A DNA stretch of 64,000 bases from Candidatus Moraniibacteriota bacterium. Its GTDB lineage: Bacteria; Patescibacteriota; Minisyncoccia; Moranbacterales; UBA2206. Of the stretch, positions 37,200 to 46,688 are shown piece after piece. The notes under the pieces are model-generated. The model was not told the origin of the DNA. It worked only from the letters and a program-made list of their open reading frames with translations, and ran no database searches. Both the position numbers and the translations under genes were made by a program. The number at the start of each line of letters is the position of its first letter. Within the stretch, counting starts at the first letter, position 1. The DNA is taken from assembly GCA_030645735.1 (NCBI GenBank), contig JAUSNP010000003.1, positions 103,411 to 167,410 of the forward strand, written 5' to 3'.

Positions 37200-39317
37200 C
37201 TACTCCGTTTTTTTCGCCGCCGCTTTCATAGAAAGATTGATGCGTCCTTGGGCGTCAATTTCTTTCACTTTGACTGGCACGATGTCTCCAACTGAGACAA
37301 TGTCTTCAACTTTTTCCACGCGTGCTTCAGCTAGTTCGGAAATGTGAATCAAACCTTCTTGTCCAGGAAGAATTTCAGCAAAAGCTCCAAAGGTCATAAT
37401 TTTTGTGACCTTAGCTTGGAACAATTCACCAGCTTTTACTTCATGAGTCAGGTTGTCAATCCATTCTTGCGCTTTTTTGGCAGCTATTGCATCTGGAGAA
37501 GTGATGAAAATTGATCCATCATCTTCAATATCAATTTGCACGCCTGTTTCATCGATGATGGCATTGATAATTTTGCCACCTGATCCAATCACGTTTCTGA
37601 TCTTGTCAGGGTTGATATGCATAATGATGATTCTTGGAGCATATTGGCTCATTTCGGCGCGAGGTGTAGGAATGGCAGTGGTGATTTTCTCCATAATTTC
37701 CATTCTGTTGCCTTTGGATTGAATCAAAACAGCTTTGAGCATTTCCAAAGTCACACCTTGCACTTTCACGTCCATTTGCAAAGCTGTGATTCCAACAGTG
37801 GTTCCAGCGGCTTTGAAATCCATGTCGCCATAATGATCTTCCAATCCTTGGATATCAGTCAAAACTTTGAATTTGCTGTCATTGGCTTGGTCAACAATGA
37901 TTCCCATAGCAATTCCTGATACGGGGCGTGTGATTGGCACACCAGCATCCATCAAAGACAAGGTTGAACCACAAGTTGATGCCATAGAAGATGAACCATT
38001 GGATTCAAGCACTTCTGACACCAACAAAATAGTATATGGAAACACTTCTTTAGCTGGTAAAACTGGAATCAAGGCTTTTTCTGCCAAAGCGCCGTGTCCG
38101 ATTTCTCTTCGCCCAGGACCACGCATTGGTCGCACTTCCCCCACTGAATATGGTGGGAAATTGTAATGATGGATATAGCGTTTCTTCATATCAACTTCCA
38201 TGGTGTCAATGATTTGTTCGTCTCCAGGTGAACCCAAAGTGGTCACAGTCAAAGCTTGAGTCTCGCCACGGGTGAAAAGTCCGGTGCCGTGAGTTCTTGG
38301 CAAGATGCCAACTTGGCAATCAATGTGACGGATTTGGTCCAATTTTCGGCCGTCTGGGCGTTGTTCTTTTTCCAAAATGTTTTTGTGTACGATTTCATCA
38401 GAAACCTCTTCAAAAACTTGTTGCCCGATTTCTTTTAGTTTATCAATGCCTTCGGTGAAGTTGGCGGTGATATATTCACCAACTTTTTCGTTGATAGTCT
38501 TGGTTTTTTCTTCAATCACAACCTTGCTTGGGTCATACAACGCTGACTCCAAGCCTTCAGCCAACAAAATTTCTTTGACTTTCGCTTCAAATTCAGGAGT
38601 TCCTTGCAAAAGAGTTGGTATGGCCTTTTCTTTGCCAATTTCTGCTACAATTTCTTCAATGAAAGTGGCAATCTTGGTGATGGCTTCTTGTCCAAAAGCA
38701 AAAGCCTCAACGATCGTCTCTTCTGGTACTTCTTTGGCACCAGCTTCTAACATATTGATCTTGTCTTTGGTTCCAGAAATCACTAGATCCAATTTGCTAT
38801 CAGCCAACTCACCATTGACTGGGTTCAAAATGAATTCTCCATTCTCAGCTTGGGCCACACGCACTGCTGCTACTGGTCCATTCCAAGGAATGTTTGAGAT
38901 AGCCAAGGCGGCTGAAGCGGCAATCACAGAAATTGTATCTGGATCATTCTCGCCATCAATCGACAAAACAGTCACAATCACTTGGACTTCATTGCGCATT
39001 CTGGCATTGAAAAGTGGGCGGATTGTTCGATCCACTACGCGACCAGTCAAAACTGCGTCGTCAGATGGACGACCTTCTCTCTTGATGAATCTTGAACCTT
39101 TGATTTTGCCGGCTGCATAATATCTTTCCTCAAAATCAACCATCAATGGGAAATAACCACTGATACGGGACGCTCCCTTGCTCATGGTGGCAGCTGCCAA
39201 CACCACTGTGTCGCCATAACGCACAGTTACAGATCCATTGGCTTGTTTCGCCAACAGACCGGTTTCGATCTCCAACACTCGGCCTCCAATTTGGAGTGAC
39301 CATTTTTTTTGTGCCAT
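37200..39317 (-). CDS. pnp: Polyribonucleotide nucleotidyltransferase (PNPase)
   Basis: Two RNase PH domains plus KH and S1 domains. The likely true start is MAQKKWSLQIGG at 39317; the track start at 39398 adds 27 unlikely residues. Confidence 0.9.
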   Translation of the reverse strand: MAQKKWSLQIGGRVLEIETGLLAKQANGSVTVRYGDTVVLAAATMSKGASRISGYFPLMVDFEERYYAAGKIKGSRFIKREGRPSDDAVLTGRVVDRTIRPLFNARMRNEVQVIVTVLSIDGENDPDTISVIAASAALAISNIPWNGPVAAVRVAQAENGEFILNPVNGELADSKLDLVISGTKDKINMLEAGAKEVPEETIVEAFAFGQEAITKIATFIEEIVAEIGKEKAIPTLLQGTPEFEAKVKEILLAEGLESALYDPSKVVIEEKTKTINEKVGEYITANFTEGIDKLKEIGQQVFEEVSDEIVHKNILEKEQRPDGRKLDQIRHIDCQVGILPRTHGTGLFTRGETQALTVTTLGSPGDEQIIDTMEVDMKKRYIHHYNFPPYSVGEVRPMRGPGRREIGHGALAEKALIPVLPAKEVFPYTILLVSEVLESNGSSSMASTCGSTLSLMDAGVPITRPVSGIAMGIIVDQANDSKFKVLTDIQGLEDHYGDMDFKAAGTTVGITALQMDVKVQGVTLEMLKAVLIQSKGNRMEIMEKITTAIPTPRAEMSQYAPRIIIMHINPDKIRNVIGSGGKIINAIIDETGVQIDIEDDGSIFITSPDAIAAKKAQEWIDNLTHEVKAGELFQAKVTKIMTFGAFAEILPGQEGLIHISELAEARVEKVEDIVSVGDIVPVKVKEIDAQGRINLSMKAAAKKTE

Positions 39318-39350
39318 AAACACTTTGCGCCTTGTACTAATGGCAAAAAG

Positions 39351-39381
39351 AAGTCTAAAGTCTAAAGCTGAAAGTCTAAAG
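39351..39381. repeat. AAGTCTAAAG repeats in pnp 5' leader
   Basis: gaagtctaaagtctaaagctgaaagtctaaag, followed by tcaaaac repeats and tttatggacttt x2. Lies 35-130 nt upstream of the pnp start. Confidence 0.4.
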
Positions 39382-39605
39382 TCAAAACTACAAGTCAAAA
39401 CTTAATGTTTAAGTTCTAAATTGTGGTTTTGCGCTTTATGGACTTTACGAACTTTATGGACTTTCGACTAAGTTTGCGCATTAAACAAGGCAAATATTAA
39501 ATTATTAAGTGCTTAAAGTGTAGCTTTTTTGCGCTGTTTTGTCAATCCAAGTAAAACAAAAACCCGCCGGAACGGGTTTTTGAGTAGTATCTTTATTTTG
39601 ATAAA

Positions 39606-40007
39606 CTATTTTTTATCTGGACCTAGATCTTTCCAATGGTCATTATACTCTTTCTCCAATCTGGTAATATCCCTACTGACAGAGTCTATAATTTTGCGTA
39701 AATCTGTGAAGTCTCCAATAACAACAGCTTCTCGAGTCCGTGTAGCAATGGCTTTTTCTAGACGCTTCATTCTATTCAAAAATTCTTCAGTTAAGCCTGT
39801 TCTTGCTTCGCGCATCCATTGTTCTTGTTGTTCAAAATCTTCATGCATTTCATCTTCTGCAGCATTTTTTTGTTCAGGTGTTAAATCTAGTCGTGGCTTA
39901 TCTGCACCTTCGTCCATAACAAGCTTGGCGCCTTTTCTGGACAATTTATCCGCTTCAGCATTTCTTTTTTCTTGGGTGATTAGGTTTTGTGGTGTCCATT
40001 GTTCCAT
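39606..40007 (-). CDS. Hypothetical charged coiled-coil protein
   Basis: 133-aa ORF between the NYN gene and pnp. No motif recognised. Confidence 0.45.
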   Translation of the reverse strand: MEQWTPQNLITQEKRNAEADKLSRKGAKLVMDEGADKPRLDLTPEQKNAAEDEMHEDFEQQEQWMREARTGLTEEFLNRMKRLEKAIATRTREAVVIGDFTDLRKIIDSVSRDITRLEKEYNDHWKDLGPDKK

Positions 40008-40027
40008 ATTTTTATTTTTTAAATTGA

Positions 40028-40525
40028 TTATATCAAAAACTTCTTCTTATCCGCGCTGATGTTGGTGAATTCGTCAACTTCTTCGACGAGTTTTGAGCTG
40101 GTTGATTCCAAGAAGGCCATGACTTCAACTCGGCATCCAGTGGTGCTTTGGATATATTTGACCAAGGGAATGTAGTCGCCGTCACCAGACATCAAAATGA
40201 TGACGTCGAGGCTTTTGGACATCTTGATGGCGTCCACGGTGATTCCCACATCCCAGTCACCCTTTTTGGCTCCGCCAGGGAAGATTTGTAGGTCTTTGGT
40301 TTTGACTTCAAAGCCTTGTTTGCCAAGAGCCTCGAAGAATTTTTCTTCTTGGCCTTCCAAAGTCTTGATGCCATAGGCAATGGCGCGGATGAGTTTGCGA
40401 TCATCCACTCCGGCGGTCAAGAGTGCGCCAAAATTAGCCTTCTTTTTGTGCAGGACTTTGGCGGAATAGTATAAGTTTTGGATATCGACGAGCACGCCGA
40501 CACGTTGTTCTTTGAATTTTGACAT
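40028..40525 (-). CDS. NYN-domain (LabA-like/DUF88) putative RNase
   Basis: MSKFKEQRVGVLVDIQNLYYSAK... with conserved acidic residues (D14, D..IILMSGDGD). Matches the NYN/LabA fold signature. Confidence 0.65.
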   Translation of the reverse strand: MSKFKEQRVGVLVDIQNLYYSAKVLHKKKANFGALLTAGVDDRKLIRAIAYGIKTLEGQEEKFFEALGKQGFEVKTKDLQIFPGGAKKGDWDVGITVDAIKMSKSLDVIILMSGDGDYIPLVKYIQSTTGCRVEVMAFLESTSSKLVEEVDEFTNISADKKKFLI

Positions 40526-40534
40526 TTTTTTGTT

Positions 40535-40636
40535 CTGTCATTCCGGCATTGAGCCGGAATCTGCCCACTGTATCATGAATCTAAATTTGCTTCAGTGAAA
40601 CGCAGAGTAGATCCCGGGTCAAGCCCGGGATGACAG
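40535..40636. mobile_element. MITE-like 102-bp element with CTGTCAT...ATGACAG termini and about 30-bp imperfect terminal inverted repeats
   Basis: Left arm CTGTCATTCCGGCATTGAGCCGGAATCTGC. Right arm reverse complement CTGTCATCCCGGGCTTGACCCGGGATCTAC. Each arm holds a sub-hairpin. Lies just downstream of rpsO. Confidence 0.4.
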
Positions 40637-40689
40637 CTTTTTGTTTTATTTAAAAAAATAAAAGCAGGCTTTCACCCGCTTTTATAACA

Positions 40690-40959
40690 CTAACCTTTAA
40701 TTTCAAGTTTTTTTACAATTGCTTTGTAAGCCTTTTCATTGGTCTTCTGTAAATAGGTCATCAATCTTTTTCTTTTCGAGATCATCTTTAGAAGTCCTCG
40801 TCTAGAATGGAAATCTTTGGCATTTTTCTTCAAGTGAGAAGTCAATTGCTTGATTTTCTCGGTGAAGAGTGCGATTTGGTACTCTGGAGAACCAGTGTCC
40901 TTTTCGTGTCTTTTGACCTCAGCGGTCACTTTGGTCTTTTGCTTGTTTGTAAGCGCCAT
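40690..40959 (-). CDS. rpsO: 30S ribosomal protein S15
   Basis: MALTNKQKTKVTAEVKRHEKDTGSPEYQIALFTEKIKQLTSHLKKNAKDFHSRRGLLKMISKRKRLMTYLQ. The track ORF includes 19 extra N-terminal codons, which form the leader hairpin TCCGCCagaGGCGGA. Confidence 0.85.
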   Translation of the reverse strand: MALTNKQKTKVTAEVKRHEKDTGSPEYQIALFTEKIKQLTSHLKKNAKDFHSRRGLLKMISKRKRLMTYLQKTNEKAYKAIVKKLEIKG

Positions 40960-41127
40960 ACTTTTTCGGCTAAACATGCGTTGGGTCTCCGCCAGAGGCG
41001 GACAGGTATGCCACAACCAATGTCTGCTAATAATTTATTACCTTTCTATTGTAGCATGGATGCGGGGAATTGTCCAGTCTTGATGGTTCTACGATAAGCA
41101 ATAGGATACATTTACCCATTTTTAACT

Positions 41128-41249
41128 CTGTCATTGCGAGCGAAATGAAATGTAGCGAAGCAATCTCGTAGTATTACATCTATCCCACAGTATTCAGGGA
41201 TTGCCACGGTCAATATCGATTGTCATCGATATTTCCCTCGCAATGACAG
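41128..41249. mobile_element. MITE-like 122-bp element with CTGTCATTGCGAG(C/G)GAAAT terminal inverted repeats
   Basis: 19/20-bp terminal inverted repeats with the same CTGTCAT/ATGACAG ends as the 40535 element. Contains an internal ATATCGAT-tgtc-ATCGATAT palindrome. Lies between divergent rpsO and pcrA. Confidence 0.4.
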
Positions 41250-41300
41250 CGGGGTGCGGAAATCGTTTTTTTGCCCTTAATATGCTAAAATTAAAAAACT

Positions 41301-43466
41301 ATGGAAAACATTATACAAAACTTGAATCCAGCGCAAAAAGAGGCAGTTGAGACCACGGAAGGGGCCGTTTTGATTATTGCCGGAGCGGGCTCGGGCAAGA
41401 CCAAAGCGTTGACTCATCGCGTGGCCTATTTGATTCGTGAAAAAGGAGTAGCACCACGCAACATTTTGGCCGTGACCTTCACCAACAAAGCGGCGCAAGA
41501 AATGAAAGAGCGCATTTTGCATTTGTTAGATGGCAACAAAGATCGTTTGCCGTTGATTGGAACTTTTCATTCCATTTGTGTGCGAATTTTGCGCCAGGAA
41601 ATTGAAAAAGTTGGCTATACCAAGAAGTTCAATATTTTTGATACGCAAGATCAAGAGGTGTTGATGAAAAAGGTGATGAAAGAATTGGAAATAAACACTG
41701 ATCAATTCAAGCCCAAGGCCATGCTCGGCGCAATTTCCAAAGCCAAGAATGAATTGTTGAGCGCGGATGGTTTTCAAAAACAAATCGGTGGCTACTATGA
41801 AGAAATCATTTCCAAAGTCTACACTTTTTATCAACGAAGATTGCAAGAACAAGACGCCTTGGACTTCGATGACATTCTGATGTTGATGGTGACAATTTTG
41901 CAGAAGTTTCCAGAAGTCTTGGAAAAATATCAAAATCTTTTTCGTTATATCATGGTGGATGAATATCAGGACACCAATCACGCGCAATATTTGTTCATCA
42001 AAATGTTGGCGCAAAAATGGGGCAACATTTGTGTGGTGGGCGATGACTGGCAAGGCATCTATTCTTGGCGCGGAGCCAACATTCAAAACATTTTGGATTT
42101 CGAAAAAGATTATCCATTGGCCAAGGTGATCAAATTGGAACAGAATTATCGTTCCACGCAGAACATTTTGGATGCCGCCTACGGAGTGATTTCCAAAAAT
42201 GTGAATCGCAAGGACAAAGAAATCTGGACGGAGAACAAAGGTGGACATTTATTGAGCGCCTATGAAGCCTACAATGAAAGAGATGAAGCAGAATTTGTAG
42301 TTTCAGAAATTTTGAATTATAAAACAAAACACGAATGCAATTTGAATGACTTTGTCGTGCTGTATCGCACCAATGCACAGTCCCGCATTGTGGAAGAGGC
42401 GATGTTGCGCAATTCCATTCCATATCGCATCATCGGTGGTTTGAAATTTTATCAACGCAAAGAAGTGAAAGATGTGATTGCCTATTTGCGTTTGATTCAA
42501 AACTTCAATGACGAAGTGGCACTGGAGCGAATTATCAATGAGCCTCGACGTGGTGTGGGGGAGGTGAGTCTCAAGAAATGGTTGGATTTTGCCCGTGAAA
42601 ACGCTTTGAATTATGTTGACGCCGGATTCAAAATCGATGAAACTTCAAAACTAAATCCAAGCAAGATTTTAGAAATAAAAAAATTCTGCAGTTTCATTTT
42701 GCGGGGAAAAGAAAAAATCGCGCAAACGAAAGTGACGGATTTGATTGAATTTGTTTTTGTAGAAAGTGGTTATGAAAAGTTTTTACTAGACGGCACTGAT
42801 GAGGGGCAGGCGCGCTATGAGAATGTCAAAGAGCTTCTAACTGTGTCTAAGAAATATGATGAGTATCTTGGCGAAGAAGGCTTGAGTTTGTTTTTGGAAG
42901 AAGTGGCCCTCATTGCTGACACGGACAACATTGATCAGGCTACGGAGTCAGTGCATTTGATGACTTTGCATAGTGCGAAAGGTTTGGAATTCAAGGTGGT
43001 GTTTATTGTTGGATTGGAAGAGGGGATTTTGCCACATTCACGCAGTTTGATTGATCATAGTGAAATGGAAGAAGAAAGGCGCTTGATGTATGTTGGCATC
43101 ACCCGTGCCAAAGAAAAAGTTTTCTTGTTGTACACTCGCGAGCGAAACATCTATGGCTCATTGCAAATAAATTCACCTTCAAGATTCCTAGATGACATTC
43201 CGACGCATCTTGTGCAGGAAGATGAAAAATCAAATAATATCAATACAAAAAATCAATCATACAATTTTTCCAAGGGACCAATGAAACCTATCGTTGCAGA
43301 AGTTGCCAGACCAGCTGTTGATTATAAAGATGGAGATCGCGTTAAGCATGAAATGTTTGGTGATGGTCTGATCATTTCAACCCAAGGCGACATTCTAACG
43401 ATTGCATTTTCTCGCGTGGGACTCAAAAAACTTTCCGCCTCGATTGCACCATTGCAAAAATTATAA
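41301..43466 (+). CDS. pcrA: ATP-dependent DNA helicase PcrA/UvrD (SF1)
   Basis: AGAGSGKTKALTHRVAYL (Walker A), TFTNKAAQEM, VDEYQDTN, and a C-terminal VGITRAKEKVFL motif. Confidence 0.85.
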   Translation: MENIIQNLNPAQKEAVETTEGAVLIIAGAGSGKTKALTHRVAYLIREKGVAPRNILAVTFTNKAAQEMKERILHLLDGNKDRLPLIGTFHSICVRILRQEIEKVGYTKKFNIFDTQDQEVLMKKVMKELEINTDQFKPKAMLGAISKAKNELLSADGFQKQIGGYYEEIISKVYTFYQRRLQEQDALDFDDILMLMVTILQKFPEVLEKYQNLFRYIMVDEYQDTNHAQYLFIKMLAQKWGNICVVGDDWQGIYSWRGANIQNILDFEKDYPLAKVIKLEQNYRSTQNILDAAYGVISKNVNRKDKEIWTENKGGHLLSAYEAYNERDEAEFVVSEILNYKTKHECNLNDFVVLYRTNAQSRIVEEAMLRNSIPYRIIGGLKFYQRKEVKDVIAYLRLIQNFNDEVALERIINEPRRGVGEVSLKKWLDFARENALNYVDAGFKIDETSKLNPSKILEIKKFCSFILRGKEKIAQTKVTDLIEFVFVESGYEKFLLDGTDEGQARYENVKELLTVSKKYDEYLGEEGLSLFLEEVALIADTDNIDQATESVHLMTLHSAKGLEFKVVFIVGLEEGILPHSRSLIDHSEMEEERRLMYVGITRAKEKVFLLYTRERNIYGSLQINSPSRFLDDIPTHLVQEDEKSNNINTKNQSYNFSKGPMKPIVAEVARPAVDYKDGDRVKHEMFGDGLIISTQGDILTIAFSRVGLKKLSASIAPLQKL

Positions 43467-43480
43467 ATATCAAAAGTAAG

Positions 43481-43528
43481 ACACCAAGTGTCCGATGCGA
43501 ATTAAGAATGAGAGACACTCGGTGTCCA
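43481..43528. repeat. Paired GACACnnnGTGTC palindromes (GACACCAAGTGTCC ... GACACTCGGTGTCC)
   Basis: Two 13-14-bp internally palindromic sites 20 nt apart, between convergent pcrA and the LysM-CHAP gene. Same motif class as 19723..19775. Confidence 0.4.
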
Positions 43529-43591
43529 GCACTCCATGCAATAAAAAAAGACTTGGCATTATCGCCAAGTCTTTTTTTATTTCCCCGAGTA

Positions 43592-44773
43592 TTAGTATAT
43601 GAATCCTTTAATCGCTCGACTGCCAGTGCTGACAGTTCGGTAGGATTTTTTAGCAAAGCCTTTGTAATTCATTTCAGAAACTGTAAATGATCCGCCGGAA
43701 ACACTTTCTACGATTCCAACATGACCCCACCATGATTCAGAAGAAACCATGATTGATCCGACTTTTGGAGTTCGTCCCGTCGCATAGCCCATAGACTTAG
43801 CATGATATAACCAAGTTCCAGCGTTTCCACCCCATGGCACATACTTTCGTTGCGCAACATACCAAGTACAATATCCATATGGGAATTTGTGTCCAGCGCC
43901 AGCACTGCCACTGAGTTTCTTGCCAATAGTTTCAAATGATTCATATTGACGAGCAACAATGCCAGTTGTGGCAGTTGGTTTAGGTACAGCAGGTTGGATA
44001 ATTTCTTTTTGACCATCTGGGATAACAATTTCTTGGCCAGCTTTCAATTCACCATTTGCTGGCAAATCATTGAAAGAAATAATTTTAGCTTCATCAGCTT
44101 TATATTTTTTGGCGATAGAATCAATCGTGTCACTACTTTTGACTGTGTAGGTTAGGCCAGCCACTGGCAGGATGAAGATTTTGTCGCCAGGCATAATTGA
44201 ATTGATGTCATCAATTTCATTAGCCCAAAGAATGGTGTTGGTTGTGATGTGAAACTTTGAGGCAATAGCACCCACAGTGTCACCTGACTGCACTTCATAA
44301 ATTGTTACACCACCATCTTCTTCCGGATCCTTTTTAACTGGACTAGTTCCGGCAATTAGGGCTTGACCTTGCATAGTGACCAATTCTGATTCACTTTCAT
44401 CATTCGGTTTCTTTTCAGGGTCAGGTGCAGTGCTAGATTGCAAAAGTGGCACCATAGCCAAATCTTTCTTGTTGTCAGTCCCCACAAACATCTTGTTCTC
44501 CAAGGGACTTGCATAGTTGTCAGCGGTTGAACCAAGATAACCAAACAGGAATCCACTGGATTCTTTGCCAGCAGCTAGGTTTGTGGCGGAAACCAAAATA
44601 GCGCTCGAGATGACTACGATAAGCGCTGAATAATGTCGGAAGATGTGTAGAAGTTTGATAGTCCGACGCTCTTTGATGAAATTGATGATATTCTTTTGTC
44701 CAATATGGATCTGCGCGAGCAGACTTTTGAAGTTGTCTCGACCCAATAGGCCAGTCGAGAGTGCAATAATCAA
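43592..44773 (-). CDS. LysM (x2) + CHAP domain peptidoglycan hydrolase
   Basis: YEVQSGDTVGAIASKF and YTVKSSDTIDSIAKKY LysM repeats. C-terminus GYCTWYVAQRKY...GHVGIVESVSG is CHAP. N-terminal TM. Confidence 0.7.
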   Translation of the reverse strand: MIIALSTGLLGRDNFKSLLAQIHIGQKNIINFIKERRTIKLLHIFRHYSALIVVISSAILVSATNLAAGKESSGFLFGYLGSTADNYASPLENKMFVGTDNKKDLAMVPLLQSSTAPDPEKKPNDESESELVTMQGQALIAGTSPVKKDPEEDGGVTIYEVQSGDTVGAIASKFHITTNTILWANEIDDINSIMPGDKIFILPVAGLTYTVKSSDTIDSIAKKYKADEAKIISFNDLPANGELKAGQEIVIPDGQKEIIQPAVPKPTATTGIVARQYESFETIGKKLSGSAGAGHKFPYGYCTWYVAQRKYVPWGGNAGTWLYHAKSMGYATGRTPKVGSIMVSSESWWGHVGIVESVSGGSFTVSEMNYKGFAKKSYRTVSTGSRAIKGFIY

Positions 44774-45115
44774 TTTACTAATGAGGTTGATCCTTCTTTT
44801 CAGCTGTGGTCTTAGAGTGCGTCCGCCGAAGCGTCTTTACCCATCATTCCAGAGCCCTAATTTTTAATAATAACTAGTATACAGGGGCTAGCCGGGGCTG
44901 TCAAACCCAAAATAGGGTCGAATCTGGCAAGTCGGCTAAGCCCTTGTTTTGGGTAGAAACGGCACTTTTTGGGAAAAAGCTGGGAATTGTTTATTTTTTT
45001 GGGTTTTTAGAGTACTATAAACATAGCAGTGTCGCACAATTTAACTCATGTAGCATATATCATGTAGCATGAAACAATGCGTATCACACGATTTAGTGAA
45101 AATGACTGAGTTTTT

Positions 45116-46108
45116 GTGGTAACAATATGTTTCATGTTTCATGTTTCATGTTCTATGTCTCTAAGAAGTCTAAAGGATCAATTCCTGGAATATTTAGAAA
45201 TCGAACGAGGTCGTTCCAGAAAGACCATTGAGAATTATAACCATTATTTGGATCGGTTTTTCGATTGGGCGCATATCAGTGAGCCTAGCCAGATCAATGA
45301 TGACTTGATGCGAGGTTTCCGGGTCTATCTAAATCGATTTGAGGATACCAATGGTCATCCACTTAAAAAAAATACGCAAAACTATTACATCATCTCTATC
45401 AGGAGCTTTTTGAAATATTTGGCTAAGCGGGATATCGAGACATTGAAGGCTGAAAAGGTGGAGGTCGGAAAAAGCTCGAAGCGAGAAGTTGAGTTTTTGG
45501 AAGCTGAAGAGGTGGAACGGATTTTGGCAGCGGCAGGTGGAGCAGATTTCAAATCTTTGCGAGACAAAGCTATTTTGGAATTGTTGTTTTCAGCCGGCCT
45601 TCGTGTTTCTGAGCTGATCAACATCAATCGCGATCGTTTGGATTTGAAAAGCCGTGAATTCAGTGTGCGTGGCAAGGGCGACAAAGTTCGCGTGGTCTTT
45701 GTGTCAGATGGCGCGGCCAAAGCTTTGCAAAGATATTTGGAAAAAAGAATTGACATTGATCCAGCGTTGTTTGTGCAAGATGAAAAATCACAAGCCAAGT
45801 TTCAAGGCAAAAAAACCAAAGTGGTCAGCAAAAAGGGCAAAGCCAGTGGTGACTTGCGACTCACTCCTCGAACCATTCAACGCATCGTGAAGCATTATGC
45901 CGCCAAAGCTGGCATCATCAAAGATGTTCATCCCCACACCCTGCGCCATTCCTTTGCTACTGACCTTTTGATGAATGGGGCTGACATTCGCAGTGTTCAA
46001 GAGATGCTCGGCCACTCCTCCATCACAACCACGCAAGTTTATACTCATGTTACCAACAAACAACTCAAAGAAGTCCATCAAGCCTTTCACGCGAGGAGAA
46101 GAAAATAA
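45116..46108 (+). CDS. xerC: Tyrosine site-specific recombinase XerC/XerD family
   Basis: LRHSFATDLLMNGADIRSVQEMLGHSSITTTQVYTHV with the catalytic Tyr. N-terminal core-binding domain LKDQFLEYLEIERGRSRKTIENY. The true start may be the Met at 45155. Confidence 0.8.
   Translation: MVTICFMFHVSCSMSLRSLKDQFLEYLEIERGRSRKTIENYNHYLDRFFDWAHISEPSQINDDLMRGFRVYLNRFEDTNGHPLKKNTQNYYIISIRSFLKYLAKRDIETLKAEKVEVGKSSKREVEFLEAEEVERILAAAGGADFKSLRDKAILELLFSAGLRVSELININRDRLDLKSREFSVRGKGDKVRVVFVSDGAAKALQRYLEKRIDIDPALFVQDEKSQAKFQGKKTKVVSKKGKASGDLRLTPRTIQRIVKHYAAKAGIIKDVHPHTLRHSFATDLLMNGADIRSVQEMLGHSSITTTQVYTHVTNKQLKEVHQAFHARRRK
45126..45153. repeat. Tandem 7-mer (ATGTTTC)x3 plus a degenerate copy at the 5' end of the recombinase ORF
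   Basis: atgtttcatgtttcatgtttcatgttct. Confidence 0.5.
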
Positions 46109-46172
46109 AAACTCTTGAAAATATTCAAGAGTTTTTATATTGTTTATTGTCAGCGTAATTTGAGAGAATTTT

Positions 46173-46430
46173 TTATCGTTTTTTATGGATCAACTTTAAT
46201 ATTAATAAAGATAGTGTAAGAGATGCTTCAATTGTTGTAAAAATCATTATGGGACGGCTACTTATACCAATCCCGTATATTACGAATAAAATCAGCCCTG
46301 CTAAAAGCAAAGAATTCCACAGCAAAGAAATATCTTCTGTTGATTTAGTTGTCCATGATTTAATCACCTGAGGTATGAGGGCTGATGCGATGATTGCTGA
46401 ACCAGCAAAACCTACAATTTCAATGTTCAT
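46173..46430 (-). CDS. SemiSWEET (PQ-loop) sugar transporter
   Basis: 85 aa, 3 TM. ALIPQVIKSWTTKSTEDIS...ILFVIYGI matches the bacterial SemiSWEET PQ motif. Confidence 0.55.
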   Translation of the reverse strand: MNIEIVGFAGSAIIASALIPQVIKSWTTKSTEDISLLWNSLLLAGLILFVIYGIGISSRPIMIFTTIEASLTLSLLILKLIHKKR

Positions 46431-46534
46431 AATTATTTTTATGTTAAATAATAAAAAATTTTATTTCGTCACAATTTGTTTATTTAAGCTCAGTGTTAGT
46501 TGTTAACTAAAATTTTTTAGGTTTTACAAACTTG

Positions 46535-46607
46535 TGGGCCCAGCTGGAGTCGAACCAGCGACCAAACGATTATGAGTCGTCCGCTCTAACCACTGAGCTA
46601 TGGGCCC
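46535..46607 (-). tRNA. tRNA-Met (anticodon CAT; could be initiator, elongator or tRNA-Ile2)
   Basis: Folded by hand into a cloverleaf: GGGCCCA acceptor, D-arm GCTCAGTGGTTAGAGC, anticodon loop CTCATAA, T-arm GCTGGTTCGACTCCAGC. No CCA encoded. Confidence 0.85.
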
Positions 46608-46688
46608 GATAATAGGTTTTGGATCTTGTAAATTGAATATTGGGGCTTGTTTGGAATTTGATGTTTGGGATTTGAGATTTTATCCGGG

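Noticed and set aside
38377-39120. 247-aa plus ORF inside pnp
   Set aside because: Antisense to PNPase. Ser/Thr-rich low-complexity artefact.
41526-42248. 240-aa minus ORF inside pcrA, and a similar 239-aa ORF at 54186..54905 inside gyrA
   Set aside because: They are long antisense ORFs within highly conserved genes. Their composition is typical of antisense frames (rich in F/L/Q/H), with no motifs.
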